A DNA stretch of 64,000 nucleotides from Hydrolagus colliei. Lineage: Eukaryota. Each line of letters opens with the position of its first letter. The stretch's first letter is position 1. Shown piece by piece: positions 1 through 12,118 of this stretch. The stretch is from assembly GCA_035084275.1 (NCBI GenBank), contig CM068742.1, positions 86,180,001 through 86,244,000 of the forward strand, given 5' to 3'. The position numbers and the translations under genes were made by a program. The notes under the pieces are model-generated. The model was not told where the DNA came from. It worked only from the letters and a program-made list of their open reading frames with translations, and ran no database searches.

Positions 1-36
1 CTCAAGAATTCCAAAGTACAACGATTCAATAGCATT

Positions 37-349
37 GAGTCCTATAGCTCAGTGGTTAGAGCACTTGTCTTACAAGCGTGAGACCTGTGTTCGAATTCAG
101 GCAGTTCAGGGCAAAACCTTGGGCAAGTTTCCTTACTCCATGCCGAAGAATAATCCATCTAAAAAAACCACAATAATAAAATTGGTCATTTCAATCAACG
201 ACTGTTTGTGGGACACTGCTGTGCGCAATTGGCTGCCGCATTTCGCCCGCACATATACAGTCCATTCACTTTACAGTACATTCTGTGAAGCGCGTTGAGA
301 CGTCAAGAAGATATGAAAAAGCACTATATCAAATGCAAGGATTATTATT
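37..349 (+). mobile_element. tRNA-derived SINE, short form (CORE-like plus Deu domain, L2-type tail)
   Basis: A box TAGCTCAGTGG, B box GTTCGAATTC, ACCTTGGGCAAGTT, Deu motif CTGTTTGTGGGACACTGCTGTGCGCAATTGGCTGCC, tail ...AAATGCAAGG(ATT)n. Confidence 0.9.
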
Positions 350-727
350 GTATTCTATGCTGCCGCTCAAACAATACAATATTTTCCTCACTCTGAATGA
401 AGTGATAAAATAAAAATAAAACAATTCTTGGATTTGATGCAGTACCTAATCACATCGTTGAGATGTCTCAAAGAGCCTCACAAGATTATACTTTAAAAGT
501 AATGTGTGCAACTGTGTGCATTTTGTGGGTGATCTACTTGTATTGAGCACATGTTGAACTATTCAGTGAATCTGACATTTTACATGGTTACTTATTCTTC
601 CTAAAGTAAGTTAATACAGTAGAAAAAGAACCTCATCGTGAGCAATGTTTCTCACACTGTCTGAGCAGAAGGTGGCACTGCAAAGCCAATTTAGCCCATA
701 GAACAAATGATCTGCAGACATCATATA

Positions 728-1041
728 ATAATAATAATCCTTGCATTTGATACAGCGCTTTTCATGTCTTCTTGATGTCTCAAAGCGCTTCACAGAATAT
801 ACTGTAAAGTGAATTGACTGTACATTTGAGGGCGAAATGCGGCAGCCAATTGCACACAGCAGTGTCCCACAAACAGTTGTGAATTGAAATGACAAATTTA
901 TTATTATTTTTTAGGGAGGGATTATTATGAGGAATGTGTAAGGAAGTAAGGAAACTCGCCCAATGTTTCTCCTTGACTGGAATCAAACCCAAGTCTCTCG
1001 CTTGTATGGCGAGTGCTCTAACCACTGAGCTACAGGACTCC
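728..1041 (-). mobile_element. SINE, short form
   Basis: Full-length reverse-complement match to 37-349. Confidence 0.9.
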
Positions 1042-1347
1042 ACAACGTCTTAAATGAAATGTTGAAACAGAAAGCAAAAGATATTGTGTTTCTTTAGAGA
1101 ACGGATACAGAGGTACAACAATGAGTCAAAGACCAACAAGTTCTGCAATTTAAATCAATTTAGATAAATCATAACCCTTGAATTTGACAGGGTTGGGTTT
1201 CACCAAATAAAAAAATAATATTTTGCGCTCCAAACTTTGCTCTCTCAATCCTCTCCATGTTTTCAATCTCCCTGGATATTCCTATTAAATCTTCTTGATC
1301 ATATGATGTAATTTACAACCAACAACAATCACCAGTTTGACAGGTGT

Positions 1348-1628
1348 AGTCCTGTTGCTCAGAGTTTAGAGCACTCACCTTGTAAACAATAGACTTGGGT
1401 TCGGTTCCCAGCAGGGCAAGACCTTGGGCATGTTTCCTTACTCCACACACCTGATAATAATCCCTTAAAATAAATGTTGGTCACTTCATTCCATTACTGT
1501 TTGTGAGATACTGCTGAGCGCAATCGGTTGCCGTATTTCACCTACAAATATTGTCAATTCACTTTACAGTATATTCTGTGAAGTGCTTTGAAATGTCTAG
1601 AACGTGTGAAAGCACTAAATCAAATGCA
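1348..1628 (+). mobile_element. SINE, short form, diverged
   Basis: Head, Deu motif and tail are all recognisable. Confidence 0.85.
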
Positions 1629-2266
1629 GACTTTAAGCATGCCCAACAGTGAAGCAAGTTGAAGGAAAAGCCATCAAAAGAATTTTGGAAAAAAAAGTTC
1701 AAAGTGACAACAAAATATTTAAGAAAATGCACATTCCTCGTCTATTGTGAGATCGCAAGGATTGTTTCTGACACTTAATAATGTAAGCCACTTTGGCTCT
1801 GAGCATTTTGCAAACATCCAGGACATTAATCTCAGAACATTATTTTTGTATTATTACCAAAGTTACAAGACTGCATTGTTACAACATGGCTCACTATTAC
1901 TGAAACCAAGCTGTTTCCTTATGTATCAGAAGTACATATTAAGCAAATGTCATGAGTGGGTGATGTAGCTCATTTGGGTAGGATGATGGCAATCAATGCA
2001 TTTATACATTTTAAAAGCCTCCAGGCAGGGACCACATCTGATGATACATATAGGGAAACAGATGTCTAGCAGAACATTACAAAATAGTAATTTAATTGGA
2101 CAGTTCAATCGATGGAAGCTTCAGCAGTTTACAAGCACAAATGAAACCATAAGAGTAAGTTACTGTCTTAAGTCTACTACCGATGACTTGCTATTTTTTA
2201 CGATATGCAATACGTATGAATAAACATAATCATTTACTATTTTATAGCTCATATTTTGTAGCCATA

Positions 2267-2622
2267 GGAATTCTGTAGTTCAGTGGTTGGAGCAATTGCC
2301 TCATAAATGGGAGACCTGGATTCGATTCCCAGTGGGGTGAAATGTTGGGCGAGTTTCCTTACTCCACATGTCTGTTTACCTAGCAGTAAGTAGGAACCCG
2401 GTTGTTAGTTGATTAGCGGTTCACTTTTCCGGGAGTAATAATTCCTCAAAAAAAAGGTCACTCAGTCCCCGACTGTTTGCAGGACACCGCTGTGCGCTAT
2501 TGGCTGCTGCGTTTCACCCACAAATATACAGTCAATTCACTTTACCTGTATATTCTGTGAAACCCTTCGAAACATGCAGAAGACGTGAAAAGTGCTACAT
2601 TAAATACAAGGATTATTATTAT
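2267..2622 (+). mobile_element. SINE, long form
   Basis: Carries the extra segment TCTGTTTACCTAGCAGTAAGTAGGAACCCGGTTGTTAG...CACTTTTCCGGG. Confidence 0.88.
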
Positions 2623-3181
2623 TGGTTAAGAACAACCAGAAGTAATACAGCAAATACAATGCGTTTACCCTTCACATAGAATAACATCACAGAGAACTGT
2701 ACAGGGAGGGCTGGATGCCTTGCAAGCAGAAGAAGATGGGGTGGAGGGGTGGAAATGAATATTGGCACAGCTAAAGATGTAGATTTTCAGGAGCGATTTC
2801 AAGCCAGATAAAGAAGGAGCGAGATGGAGGATCAAGATGCAGGGAACTCCAGGTCATAGGGACATAGTGGCTGAAAACTAGGCAGCGAGGGATCAGGAGA
2901 GGAGCAGTCATCCTCCGTTAATTGACTGAAGTGAACAGGAAAAGAGCGTGGTACAAATTTAATCTTAAAACCGATTAAACAGCCATTGAATTTGAATCAC
3001 CTATTTAGTTTTTTTAAATATATATATTCTGCTTCAAGGCTTTGAAAAAATTCCCAACTTCTTTAAACATTTCCTATAACTTGGGATTCCTAAGGTATCA
3101 TCTTTATTGTTCTGTGCTATTCACTTTCAATATCTATTCTCTGGTATGGTGACCAGCACTGCACTCAATAATATTAACAAC

Positions 3182-3501
3182 AATAATAATCCTTGCATTT
3201 GATATAGCGCGTTTTACATTTTCTAGATGTCTCAAAGAACTTCACAGAATATACTATAAAGTGAATTGACTGTATATTTTGTGGGTGAAACGCAGCAGCC
3301 CAATTGCACACAGCCATGTCCCACAAACAGTCGTGGATTGAAATGACTAATTTTATTATTGTGGTTTTTTGGGGGGATGGATTATTATTAGGCGTGCGGA
3401 GTAAGGAAACTTGCCCAAGGTTTCACCCTGACCTGCCTGGATTCGAACACAGGTCTCACGCTTGTAAGGCAGGTGCTCTAATCACTGAGCGACAGGACTC
3501 C
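3182..3501 (-). mobile_element. SINE, short form
   Basis: Full-length match to the family. Confidence 0.9.
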
Positions 3502-3972
3502 ACTAATCTTGATGGGATCCAAATAATACTACAGTATATAGAGCTTAATTACATGATTTGATTTGAATTCTCTTTCTTTCTCTCTCCTAATAGAGGGGCA
3601 TGAGAGAGTAGATCAGGAGAAGTGGAGGCTCATTTGGGGGTATAAACACAGAGACTGACAAGTTAGGCTGAATGGGTTTTTCCATGCTCTAGCAACCCTT
3701 GTAAATCTGCAAAATTCAAAGGGTTTTGTAAGAACATTGTTGAATATGTCAGCAGTGGGAAAGGCAAACAAGACAAACAATATTCTGGTTGGATGGTTTC
3801 AACAATTTCCCACAATATTCTTTTTCCTGAACCATGCAATGTAAGATGATTGCTCCATTCACTGAGCATTATTTTGGTTCTTTGCTCAAGTCAAATCATT
3901 TATACATTGTAGCTTGTTTTAACCTCAGGAACAACAACAACAGCAAAAAGAAAAAATTATATAGCACCCATC

Positions 3973-4580
3973 AGATAATATTTATTGTTTCACTCGGGAG
4001 GATGTCTCATGGCAAGGGACAGACAGTGTTTTGGACCCGAGCTGTGGTTGGAATCGGGGAGAGTGGCGGGAAGGGAAGTGGGGGGTGATTGATGGCTCAG
4101 TCGAAGAGGAGGAATCCTGACGTAGGTCTTGAAGGAGGCTAGGGAGGGGACGAGGTGAAGGGATTGCGGGATGGAATTCCAAAGCTTGCAGGCAGAGTGG
4201 CTGAAAGTTCGCCCGTTGATGGTGGGGCAGGTGGATTGGGGGAAATGGAGCAGGCCGGATCCCGCTGAGAGTAGGGCACAGACAGGTTGGCAGGGGGTTG
4301 GGAGGTTGCAGAGGTAGGGTGGGGCAAGGCCATGGAGGGCTTTAAAGGTGAGGACTAGGATCTTGAATTGAAACAATATCAACAACAACAAAATTGCACG
4401 TATAGCGCCTTTCACGTCAGGAGAACATCTCAAACCTCTGAATGATAGGAAACCAAAGGATTTGGGAGAGAATCGGGGAGATAAGGTTGCGGAGTTTGAT
4501 GCGGGAGAGGAAATAGGATGTGAGGTCTGGATGATTTGCAACCTATGGAGGGAGGTGTTGGAAAGGTCAACAAGCAAGGA
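3973..4580 (-). mobile_element. L2 LINE 3' fragment(s) with a short L2 tail inserted at ~4381-4435
   Basis: Translation FKILVLTFKALHGLAPPYL...KLWNSIP matches the ORF at 42664-43681. Confidence 0.85.
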
Positions 4581-5200
4581 AGATAGGAACGTTAAACAAC
4601 AAAAAGACTAATTCTCATACACTGTCTATTAATTATTTAATCAAATATCGATCTAATTCCTTCTTGGGTACCCCGGTGCCTGGTGGAGATTCTCATTATT
4701 TTTAAGAAGATGCAATAGACTGACAATAATGTGGAGTAGAACACAATAAATTTGATTAAACCGACATGGGTATTGCGAGCCCGCACTTCACAAACCTCTA
4801 AGGGCTTTCTTCAGATAATATTTATTATTTCACTCGTTGGCACTGTGGTATTACAGTATATGCTGCATTTTTTTCCCCCATATGCAGTAGGATTGATTAC
4901 ACACTCAGTCTCACGAATCTCAACCAGATGAAAGGACCTATCATGGTGCTTCATCTCATTCATTTATCGTGTCAATGATTGGACGTGGATAATCACTTAA
5001 GTCCTATGTGAATTTATAATACTTACGTCTACATAAAGTTATTTTTCGTCACTGCTTTCCTTGTCTGAAAAAGTTGATCATGCAACAGCAGAATAACAGA
5101 TGCCTTTGAGTTTTGCTACAAGACTGCAAAACACTCAAGGGGTTTCAATGGCATTTTCCATCTCATGGTTTGTTTAGTAGTCTAAAGCACTGGAGTGTGT

Positions 5201-5589
5201 TATTGGAAATTGATGGGAATGGTTAAAACGTATGGGTATCATAAACTGGACGGTACGAGTTTATGACCCTTGATTTGGGGAGTATGAGGTAAGGGCCATC
5301 TTAGACCTGCAAAATCAGTTAGACCTGCAAAATCAGTTAGATCTGTTAGACGTGTAAACCTGCAGGACTGGTCCAGAAAAGGTGTGAGTATAGCAGCAGA
5401 CAGAAAGAACACCATCTTGAGACCAACCGACGTTCGATTCAGCTGAATCCTGTTTTAACCGGTAGTATACCTCTGTATTTTAACCAGTCTATATTTCACA
5501 CTGTGTGAGTTTATATATATTAAAAACCGTACCTTTCATTAAGGATTGTTGGGTCATCATTTGAACTCTCAGGATCGGAAATCCCAACA
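5201..5589 (+). repeat. 5' LTR (389 bp, internally deleted)
   Basis: Matches 8801-8900 and 9440-9729 at roughly 90-95% by eye. Contains an 18-bp tandem repeat TTAGACCTGCAAAATCAG and ATTAAA. Confidence 0.92.
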
Positions 5590-5592
5590 AAT

Positions 5593-5610
5593 TGGCGACC
5601 ACGAAAGAAC
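5593..5610 (+). promoter_or_regulatory. Primer binding site, tRNA-Arg(TCG)-like
   Basis: TGGCGACCACGAA lies 3 nt after the LTR's CA and is complementary to the 3' end ...TTCGTGGTCGCCA of vertebrate tRNA-Arg(TCG) as recalled. Confidence 0.75.
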
Positions 5611-6061
5611 CCAACAAATGGTGATATATATATATGATAAACCACGACAGTTCGAGTTAGATAAAAAACCATTCACATAGAGGTTCCGTCTGATAAAAAC
5701 TGTGTAAGGATTCCTAAAGTAGTCTGGAAGTGAACTATGAGTTGAGGGAGCGCGTTCTTAAGGGGCTGTCAGAGTACAGTCAGGGACTGAGACAGTATTG
5801 AAGACTCAGGAAAGGTAGCACCAAAACCAAAAGAGGAAGAGTGTTTACAGAATGAGTCAGGGGCACAAGAAAAGAATGGAGATTTAAAAACTACAGATTT
5901 TGGGACAGGGACTCTGATGTGTTAAGATTGGACAGATACGTGGATTGTGTGCTAAGAATATTAATCAATTAACTAACAAAAGTGTTTCTTAGTGATGGGA
6001 GAAAGTGTTGCTATCCCACGTGGTTACTTGGTTTGTTTGAAATTGGATATAAGTAGTTAGG

Positions 6062-7262
6062 ATGGGATCCTATGGCAAAATACAGGATTATATAGAGGAA
6101 AGATTGTCAAAATATAAAGAATTTGAAGTTGGACAGTTGAGTCCAGCACCTTTTGTGACATGTGGTCATATATATGCAAAATTAAAGGAAAAGCGAAAGC
6201 TAAAAAAGGATAGTGAGAAGGCGGTATAGTTACTAGCCTCTCAGTTTAAGATTGCACAGAGTGTGTTTAGACTCCAAGAAAAGGAGAACGTCTTACAGGG
6301 AAAAGCAGAGATATTAGGATCTTTGTTAAAGAAAGTTCTGGAAGAGCTGGAAACAGAACGGAGAAGTAATATAGAAAAGGTTAAATTACTCCAAGAGAAG
6401 GAGAAAATCTTAGAGGGAAAGGTGGAACAGTTAGAATCTAAGTTAAATAAAGTTGTAGAGCAGCTGGAAAGTGAACAGAAAAGTAGGAGAAATGACATGG
6501 GTGAATGTGCCAAACAAATACATTGTTTAGGGGGACAAGTGGAATTCTACCAGTCCCAGACATCAGATGTAAGGAAGAAGGCAGATAATTTAGAAGCAGA
6601 GCAGAACAGCGTTGTGAGCGCTTGACAAGGGAAAATGGAGATTTAAAATCTACTGTAAAATACAGGCAGTTATGGCAAGAGAATATAAACAGGGGGATCC
6701 AGTGTCACATATCTATTGTGAGGAAAAGATAGCGTAACCAAACAGGCAGGAGGTTGTGTGGCGTAATGAAGGTCGAGGATCCGCATCAAACAGTGGCTGT
6801 AGCCAAATAAATTTTAGGGCCTCCAGAAGGAGGTGGGGTAATTGCTACAATTGTAATAAACCAGGGCATCATAAGTGGCAATGTAGATCATGGAGACGAA
6901 AGGGGCTACCCTCTAGAGAAGCTCCAAATAACAATTTGGGAATCAATGATGAAATTTGTTGGTTGCGACAGAGAAATGAGAGATTGGAAGCTCTGTTCAA
7001 TGTTCAAAAGATCACATCACCCACAAAATGGGAAGCCAAACAGGGAGAGGCAGCAGAAAAATTAAAAGGGTATAAAGCAGAAGCCTTGTTAGTGGATCAG
7101 TCTGACAAAGTGCAGACGAACAAGGGTTTGAAAAGTTTAAAAGGTACAACAGGACAAAAGCAATTCACTGGCAGAAGAATGAGCAAAGTGAAAAATGTGG
7201 TAGTACAAATGGGTTTGGAATTAAGAAAGCTGCAAGCTGAACTGAAAGCTTTGCAAAGTTAG
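6062..7262 (+). pseudogene. Degenerate gag-like ORF: coiled coil plus CCHC zinc knuckle
   Basis: ORF 6263-6625 is an E/K/L heptad-rich coiled coil. ORF 6756-7262 contains CYNCNKPGHHKWQC (Cx2Cx4Hx4C, 6843-6884) followed by a second coiled segment. Interrupted by stops and frameshifts; the start is approximate. Confidence 0.8.
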
Positions 7263-8800
7263 ATAGGGATGAGTCCTAATGCCTCACCAATCTGCCTCCA
7301 GAACAAAAAGGGAATTTACTTTTTAGCTGATCTGAAAGCATTCAGCATTCTTTCTCAACGGATGCGAGTAACGGAAGTTAAGATGGACCGTAGGATGGAT
7401 TTCACCTTGTGATTTAGTTCTTACAGATACTGTCAGGAGTAGCCTTACATGCAACAATGTTTTCTGGGACACTTATACTTTTCTCTCCAACCCTCCCACC
7501 CACAAAGCCGGTCTTCGCATTCAATTTCAGCTCGACCGTCTAGTGGGGAGATGAATGGACAAGTACAACCCAGTCAATCATCTACTTCACAACAGCGGCC
7601 AATAACTGCATGGAGCACAGGGTCTACATTGGCAACTGCATTTGTTTTATATGCGTCGGGTCTGCCAGGATGATAAGAATCACCAAACATTAGATTAGTT
7701 AAGAAACAATTAATCAAGTAAATTCATACTAAAATATGGAATAGCGGGGTGATATTAATTTAGATTGAATATCTATACTCAGATAAACTACATTCTATAG
7801 GGAGTTTGGGAAAGTTTTAAAAAAACAAAGATAGAGCACGATGCTTCTAATTTGGATTGTTGTGTCCAAACAGAACATTAATATCTGTGTTGATGTGAGA
7901 TATTTGAAGGAAATTAGGGAATATTCGGAATACCCAAAGAGAATTCCTCAAAGAATATACTGTATTGGATATGTTAGGAAATTGTCCAATAAAATTAATT
8001 AAGTGGAAAGGGTTTTAGATTAAAGTCATATAATATGCAAGGACAGTATTGTATGCGCACTTGAAACAAATTAGATCGATGATGGAAATTTAATTTGTCT
8101 TGACGAAACCCAAGTTTTTATATTAATGAATATTTCCGACAAAAAGAAGCAAAAGAAATGTTGACTAATGGTGATTACCAATTGTTGGTTGAAGGCACGT
8201 TGGTTGAATTGCTGTTTAAAGTTTATGTTAATCATGATATCATTGATAATGATGTGCTGTAATTACAGATGCTACAGTGAGTTGCAAGGATTGATGTGGT
8301 GGCTGAGGTAAAAGGGAATCGTGAAGATTCCGGTGATGATGTGCTGTCAGTTTGACCCTCTTGAGGTGGGGACTGGACATTTCACAATCCCATAATTCTG
8401 GTTTGTCTTATGTAGAAAAAAAGGGAAATTGCAAAGTCACATGGAATTGTTTGCTGAAACAAAGCTGACTATGGACTTTCGAGTTCATTGACTTTCTCAC
8501 TGCAGACTTGGCCTGCGTGACCAAAAGGGTCTGAGTTTCAGAAGTAGAAGACGAGTCTAGCCGATCTTGAGAAGTGATTCTAGAATCAACATGAATAGTA
8601 CGACATTAACAAGTCGATTCCTAATCACAGCCACTATATCAATCTAATTAATTCATTGTACTGAACTGTACTACTCATATCGTATGATTTTGTGATTTTA
8701 CAATGTCTTGTGGTTTTATATACTGCTAAAATAATACAGTACAAGAATAGTTTAGTTGTGAAGATCGAAAATTGTATTTTCTCACTCTCAAGATGGGGAC

Positions 8801-9729
8801 TGTTGGAAACTGATGGGTATGGTTAAAACGTATGGGCACCATAAGCTGGACAGTACCAGTTTATGATCCTTGATTTAGGGAGTATGAGGCAAGGGCCATC
8901 TGGACACGAGGAAAAGCTTTGAAGCTAAGATTGGGAGAATGTAATGCATGTCTAACGTCTTCAAGTGTAAACGAACAACTCTTGTAGGGACAGCAGAATA
9001 ATGTAAACAAGACTCCCTCCTGTCCCAGATTGGACAGGACAAAGAAAGGGACAAAATGATGGAACCACAAATCTTGGTACCAGCCAGGAAGAATGTCAGC
9101 TAAGGGGTTTAGCATAAACAGAGTGTTCTTCTCTTGATTGGTACTAAGATAAGGAAGTTAATATGTTTTCATTTCTCTGAAATTCCCATTAATATCATCA
9201 GACAGACAAGACAAAGAAGATGTTAGAACATCAGAGATGAGGGTAAGGTTTGGTTGGACTGGTCAAAGATCAGGAGGATTTCTGGTTATAAAGATAGGAG
9301 AGAACCAGTGGCTCATTACAACAGTTAGGGAGTGCCTCAGGGTAAACCGAGATCTCCAGCCTGCCTGCCACTGTTGTCCAGAATTATTGGAACGGGTCAT
9401 GGTTCCAGTTATTTTGTTTTAGAGGCAGAGAAGGGTCAATTAGACCTGCAAGATCAGTTAGATCTGCAAGATCAGTTAGATTTGTTAGACCTATAGACCT
9501 GCAGGACCGGTCCAGATAACGCGTAAGTATAGCAGCAGACAGAAAGAACACCATCTTGAGACCAACCGACATTCGATTCAGCTGAATCCTGTTTTAATTG
9601 GTAGTATACCTCTGTATTTTAACCAGTCTATGTTTCACACTGTGTGTGAGTTTATATGTATTAAAAACCGTACCTTTTATTAAGGATTGTTGGGTCATCA
9701 TTTGAACTCTCGGGATTGGAAATCCCACA
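8801..9729 (+). repeat. 3' LTR (929 bp, full length)
   Basis: Starts TGTTGG after the PPT and ends CA. TATAAA at 9287-9292, ATTAAA near 9660. Confidence 0.92.
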
Positions 9730-10745
9730 GTGTTAATAATAATAACAATCCTTGCATTTGATATAGCGCTTTTCATGCTTCCAGATTCTCAAAGCACTTC
9801 ACAGGATGTACTGTAAAGTCAATTGACTGTTTATTTGTGGGTGAAATACACCTTGTTACCGTCTCGAACATGCTCACAGCTAATTGTGGTTTGTTTTATA
9901 TAATGTCTTATTTTTCTTTTTTTCAATGCCACCAGTTGCCGTTTTATTAGGCAGATTTGGCATAGTGTGCTATAGCCAGCAACAAAAGACAGCAGATTCT
10001 AGCAATCTTCTCAAGCGATTTAAACACAGACAAATAATGATTTTAATTTCACTGAATTCTGTAGTAGAATAATACTATCTGCATATGATTAAGAAACACA
10101 GTCCAGACTGCAGAAACGTCCTCAATTAATTCACTTACAGTCGTAGTCTAACTTTATAATAATAAAAATCCTAGCATTTGATATCACAGCTTACACTTAT
10201 ATAGTGCCATCCATGCAGGGTAGTGTCTTTCAGCGCTTAACACCCGCGGAGCCCGACTCTGAGCCAGGGGATGGGGTGGGGAGGTGGCCGTAGACATGGT
10301 TGAACAGGAAAGTTTTCAGGCTTGGAAAAGTGGAGGGAGCGCTAAGGCAAAGGGATTGAGGGAGAATGTTCCAGAGTTTCGGGGCCTAGTGGCTGAATGC
10401 ACGACCTCCAATGGCGGAGCGGAGGGTGTGAGGAACAAGCATGAAGCCGATGGCAATAGAACGAGGCTCTGGGTGGTGGATTGGGGAGTGATATCAATAA
10501 CAACAAATGTACATTTCTCTAGCGCCTTTCACATTGGGTGGACTACCCAAGGCGTTATCTATATAGCTCCTTATTGCATCATACAAATATCTCAAAGCAC
10601 TTCATAGGATTTTAATGTGGAGTGCATTTGTAGGTGAACACCAGTAAACCTTTTCAGTAAACATTTTCTTCCTGTGAAGGTAAAACGCTGTTTCAGTGTG
10701 TGAAATAACAGATAGGTGAATAATTGGGCTGAAATGGGGCCTTCA

Positions 10746-11494
10746 CGTAAGGATAACTTGCGAGACAAGAAACCGCATCAGGAATGGTTTGAATAAAATT
10801 AGTTCTTTATTAAAAATATGTACCCAAATGTACACAACAAAATCTCAGTCAAAGTACTGTCAAGTATAATAGTAACATCTCAATGGTAGAATAGCATAAT
10901 AAAGTAGCAACATACAGAGTGGGACCTGTTACGTTCTCTAGGATAATTTGGTAGTACATCTGCAGTTCTATCTTCCTTCCAGACTATTCTTCCCCAAACT
11001 ATGCTAAAACTTCCATCTTTATGAACCCAAAGTCAGTTCACGTGACTCTAGCATTTAAAAAAGAAGAGTTCAAAGGTTGTTTTGCAACATTACAGTTCAA
11101 AGTTAAATTGCCCAATCATATTTTAGAACTGTTCTGATCAATCATCTTACCTCACCTCGGTTCATTTGTTTTCTCACCACAGAGGAATTTGTTCCAAGGA
11201 TCCATTATTTTATCATGACATCTCTATAGTCATAAAACATCTATTCCCTGGTCAGTTTGACAGCTCCCAGGCAAAGAAGCATCTCCCTCAATTGCTCTTC
11301 TCTTGGATAGAGACATGGCAGCACCTCTGTCCCAATTAATCCAGGCCCTTATCACACTTCCGGTGAGCACCAGCTGTTTACTCTCTCATTAGTGTGCATC
11401 AAATGGAAATAATTATATTTTAAAATGAAAAGATCACACATGAGCTAGCTGCATCTGGCCACAGTCTGTGTGTGAACTCTCCTCCATTCTTACA
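10746..11494 (-). mobile_element. Putative solo LTR of a second family
   Basis: Imperfect inverted ends CGTAAGGAT...ATTCTTACA, with a minus-strand AATAAA about 60 bp from the predicted 3' end. No clean TSD found. Confidence 0.4.
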
Positions 11495-11809
11495 CACAAT
11501 GAACAGCTGAGTCATGTCTTGATTTTTGTGGATCCAGGACAAAAATGTCAGGATTATTATTATTAAAATACAGGAAGGCAGAGCATTTGTTTAATACCCA
11601 AATGGAGTGTGAAACATAACTCTTAAGCCCGGCCAGCTAGCCTGGCTGAGCAGCAGACAAATCATTCCGTAAAAACAATTCTTCCCATTTGGATAATGTT
11701 AATTGCACAAAGGCTCTAATAGGTAGGGTGACTTTATCTGAATAAGCAACAGGGAACTTGCCAGACTGTGCATGCAGTGGCAAACTGTGCAGTTTTAGCT
11801 GCTTAAATT

Positions 11810-12118
11810 TCGGCAAGGCACTCTTGGTTCTTTGCCCACCCTCCTCCTTGCCCCCGAAGTGCAGAGGTCCGCTCCAACCTCTGCAGCTGTGCTTTCAGTC
11901 ACTATGCCCCGAGGCTCTGGAACTCCCATCCTCACTCCCTTCACCTCGCCCCCTCTCTTCCCAGTTTCAGGTCCCAGCTAATGACCTTTCTCTTCAACTG
12001 CACCTTTGGTCACCTTTCTACCCCTACTCCTGGCTCGGTCCTGGGATCCACTATTGTGAAGCATTCTGAGACACCGTCCGGCATGGACAGCGCTATATAA
12101 ATCGAAGTTGTTGTTGTT
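11810..12118 (+). mobile_element. L2 LINE 3' fragment (second subfamily)
   Basis: Homologous to the reverse complement of 25325-25600; ends GCGCTATATAAATCGAA(GTT)n. Confidence 0.8.

Larger units (their letters stand above)
5201..9729 (+). mobile_element. Non-autonomous LTR retroelement (Gypsy/retrovirus-like), complete insertion
   Basis: Two homologous LTRs (T[A/G]TTGGAAA...CCC[A]ACA), 4-bp TSD GTGT at 5197-5200 and 9730-9733, PBS at 5593, PPT aagatggggac before 8801, gag remnant. No RT, RNase H or integrase ORF. Confidence 0.92.

Noticed and set aside
37-110. tRNA gene (Val/Ala-like) at SINE heads
   Set aside because: A and B boxes are present but there is no acceptor stem or terminator, and the sequence continues into the SINE body.
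35-298. Recurrent short ORFs (e.g. 35-298, 780-1043, 46869-47288, 54255-54803) that look like a protein family
   Set aside because: They are translations of the same SINE; frames and stops vary between copies.
5301-5350. Short direct repeats resembling a CRISPR array
   Set aside because: Spacer-less 18-bp tandem repeat inside a eukaryotic LTR.
7449-7673. HPQS motif suggesting an integrase remnant
   Set aside because: Only four residues match, with no surrounding DDE context.
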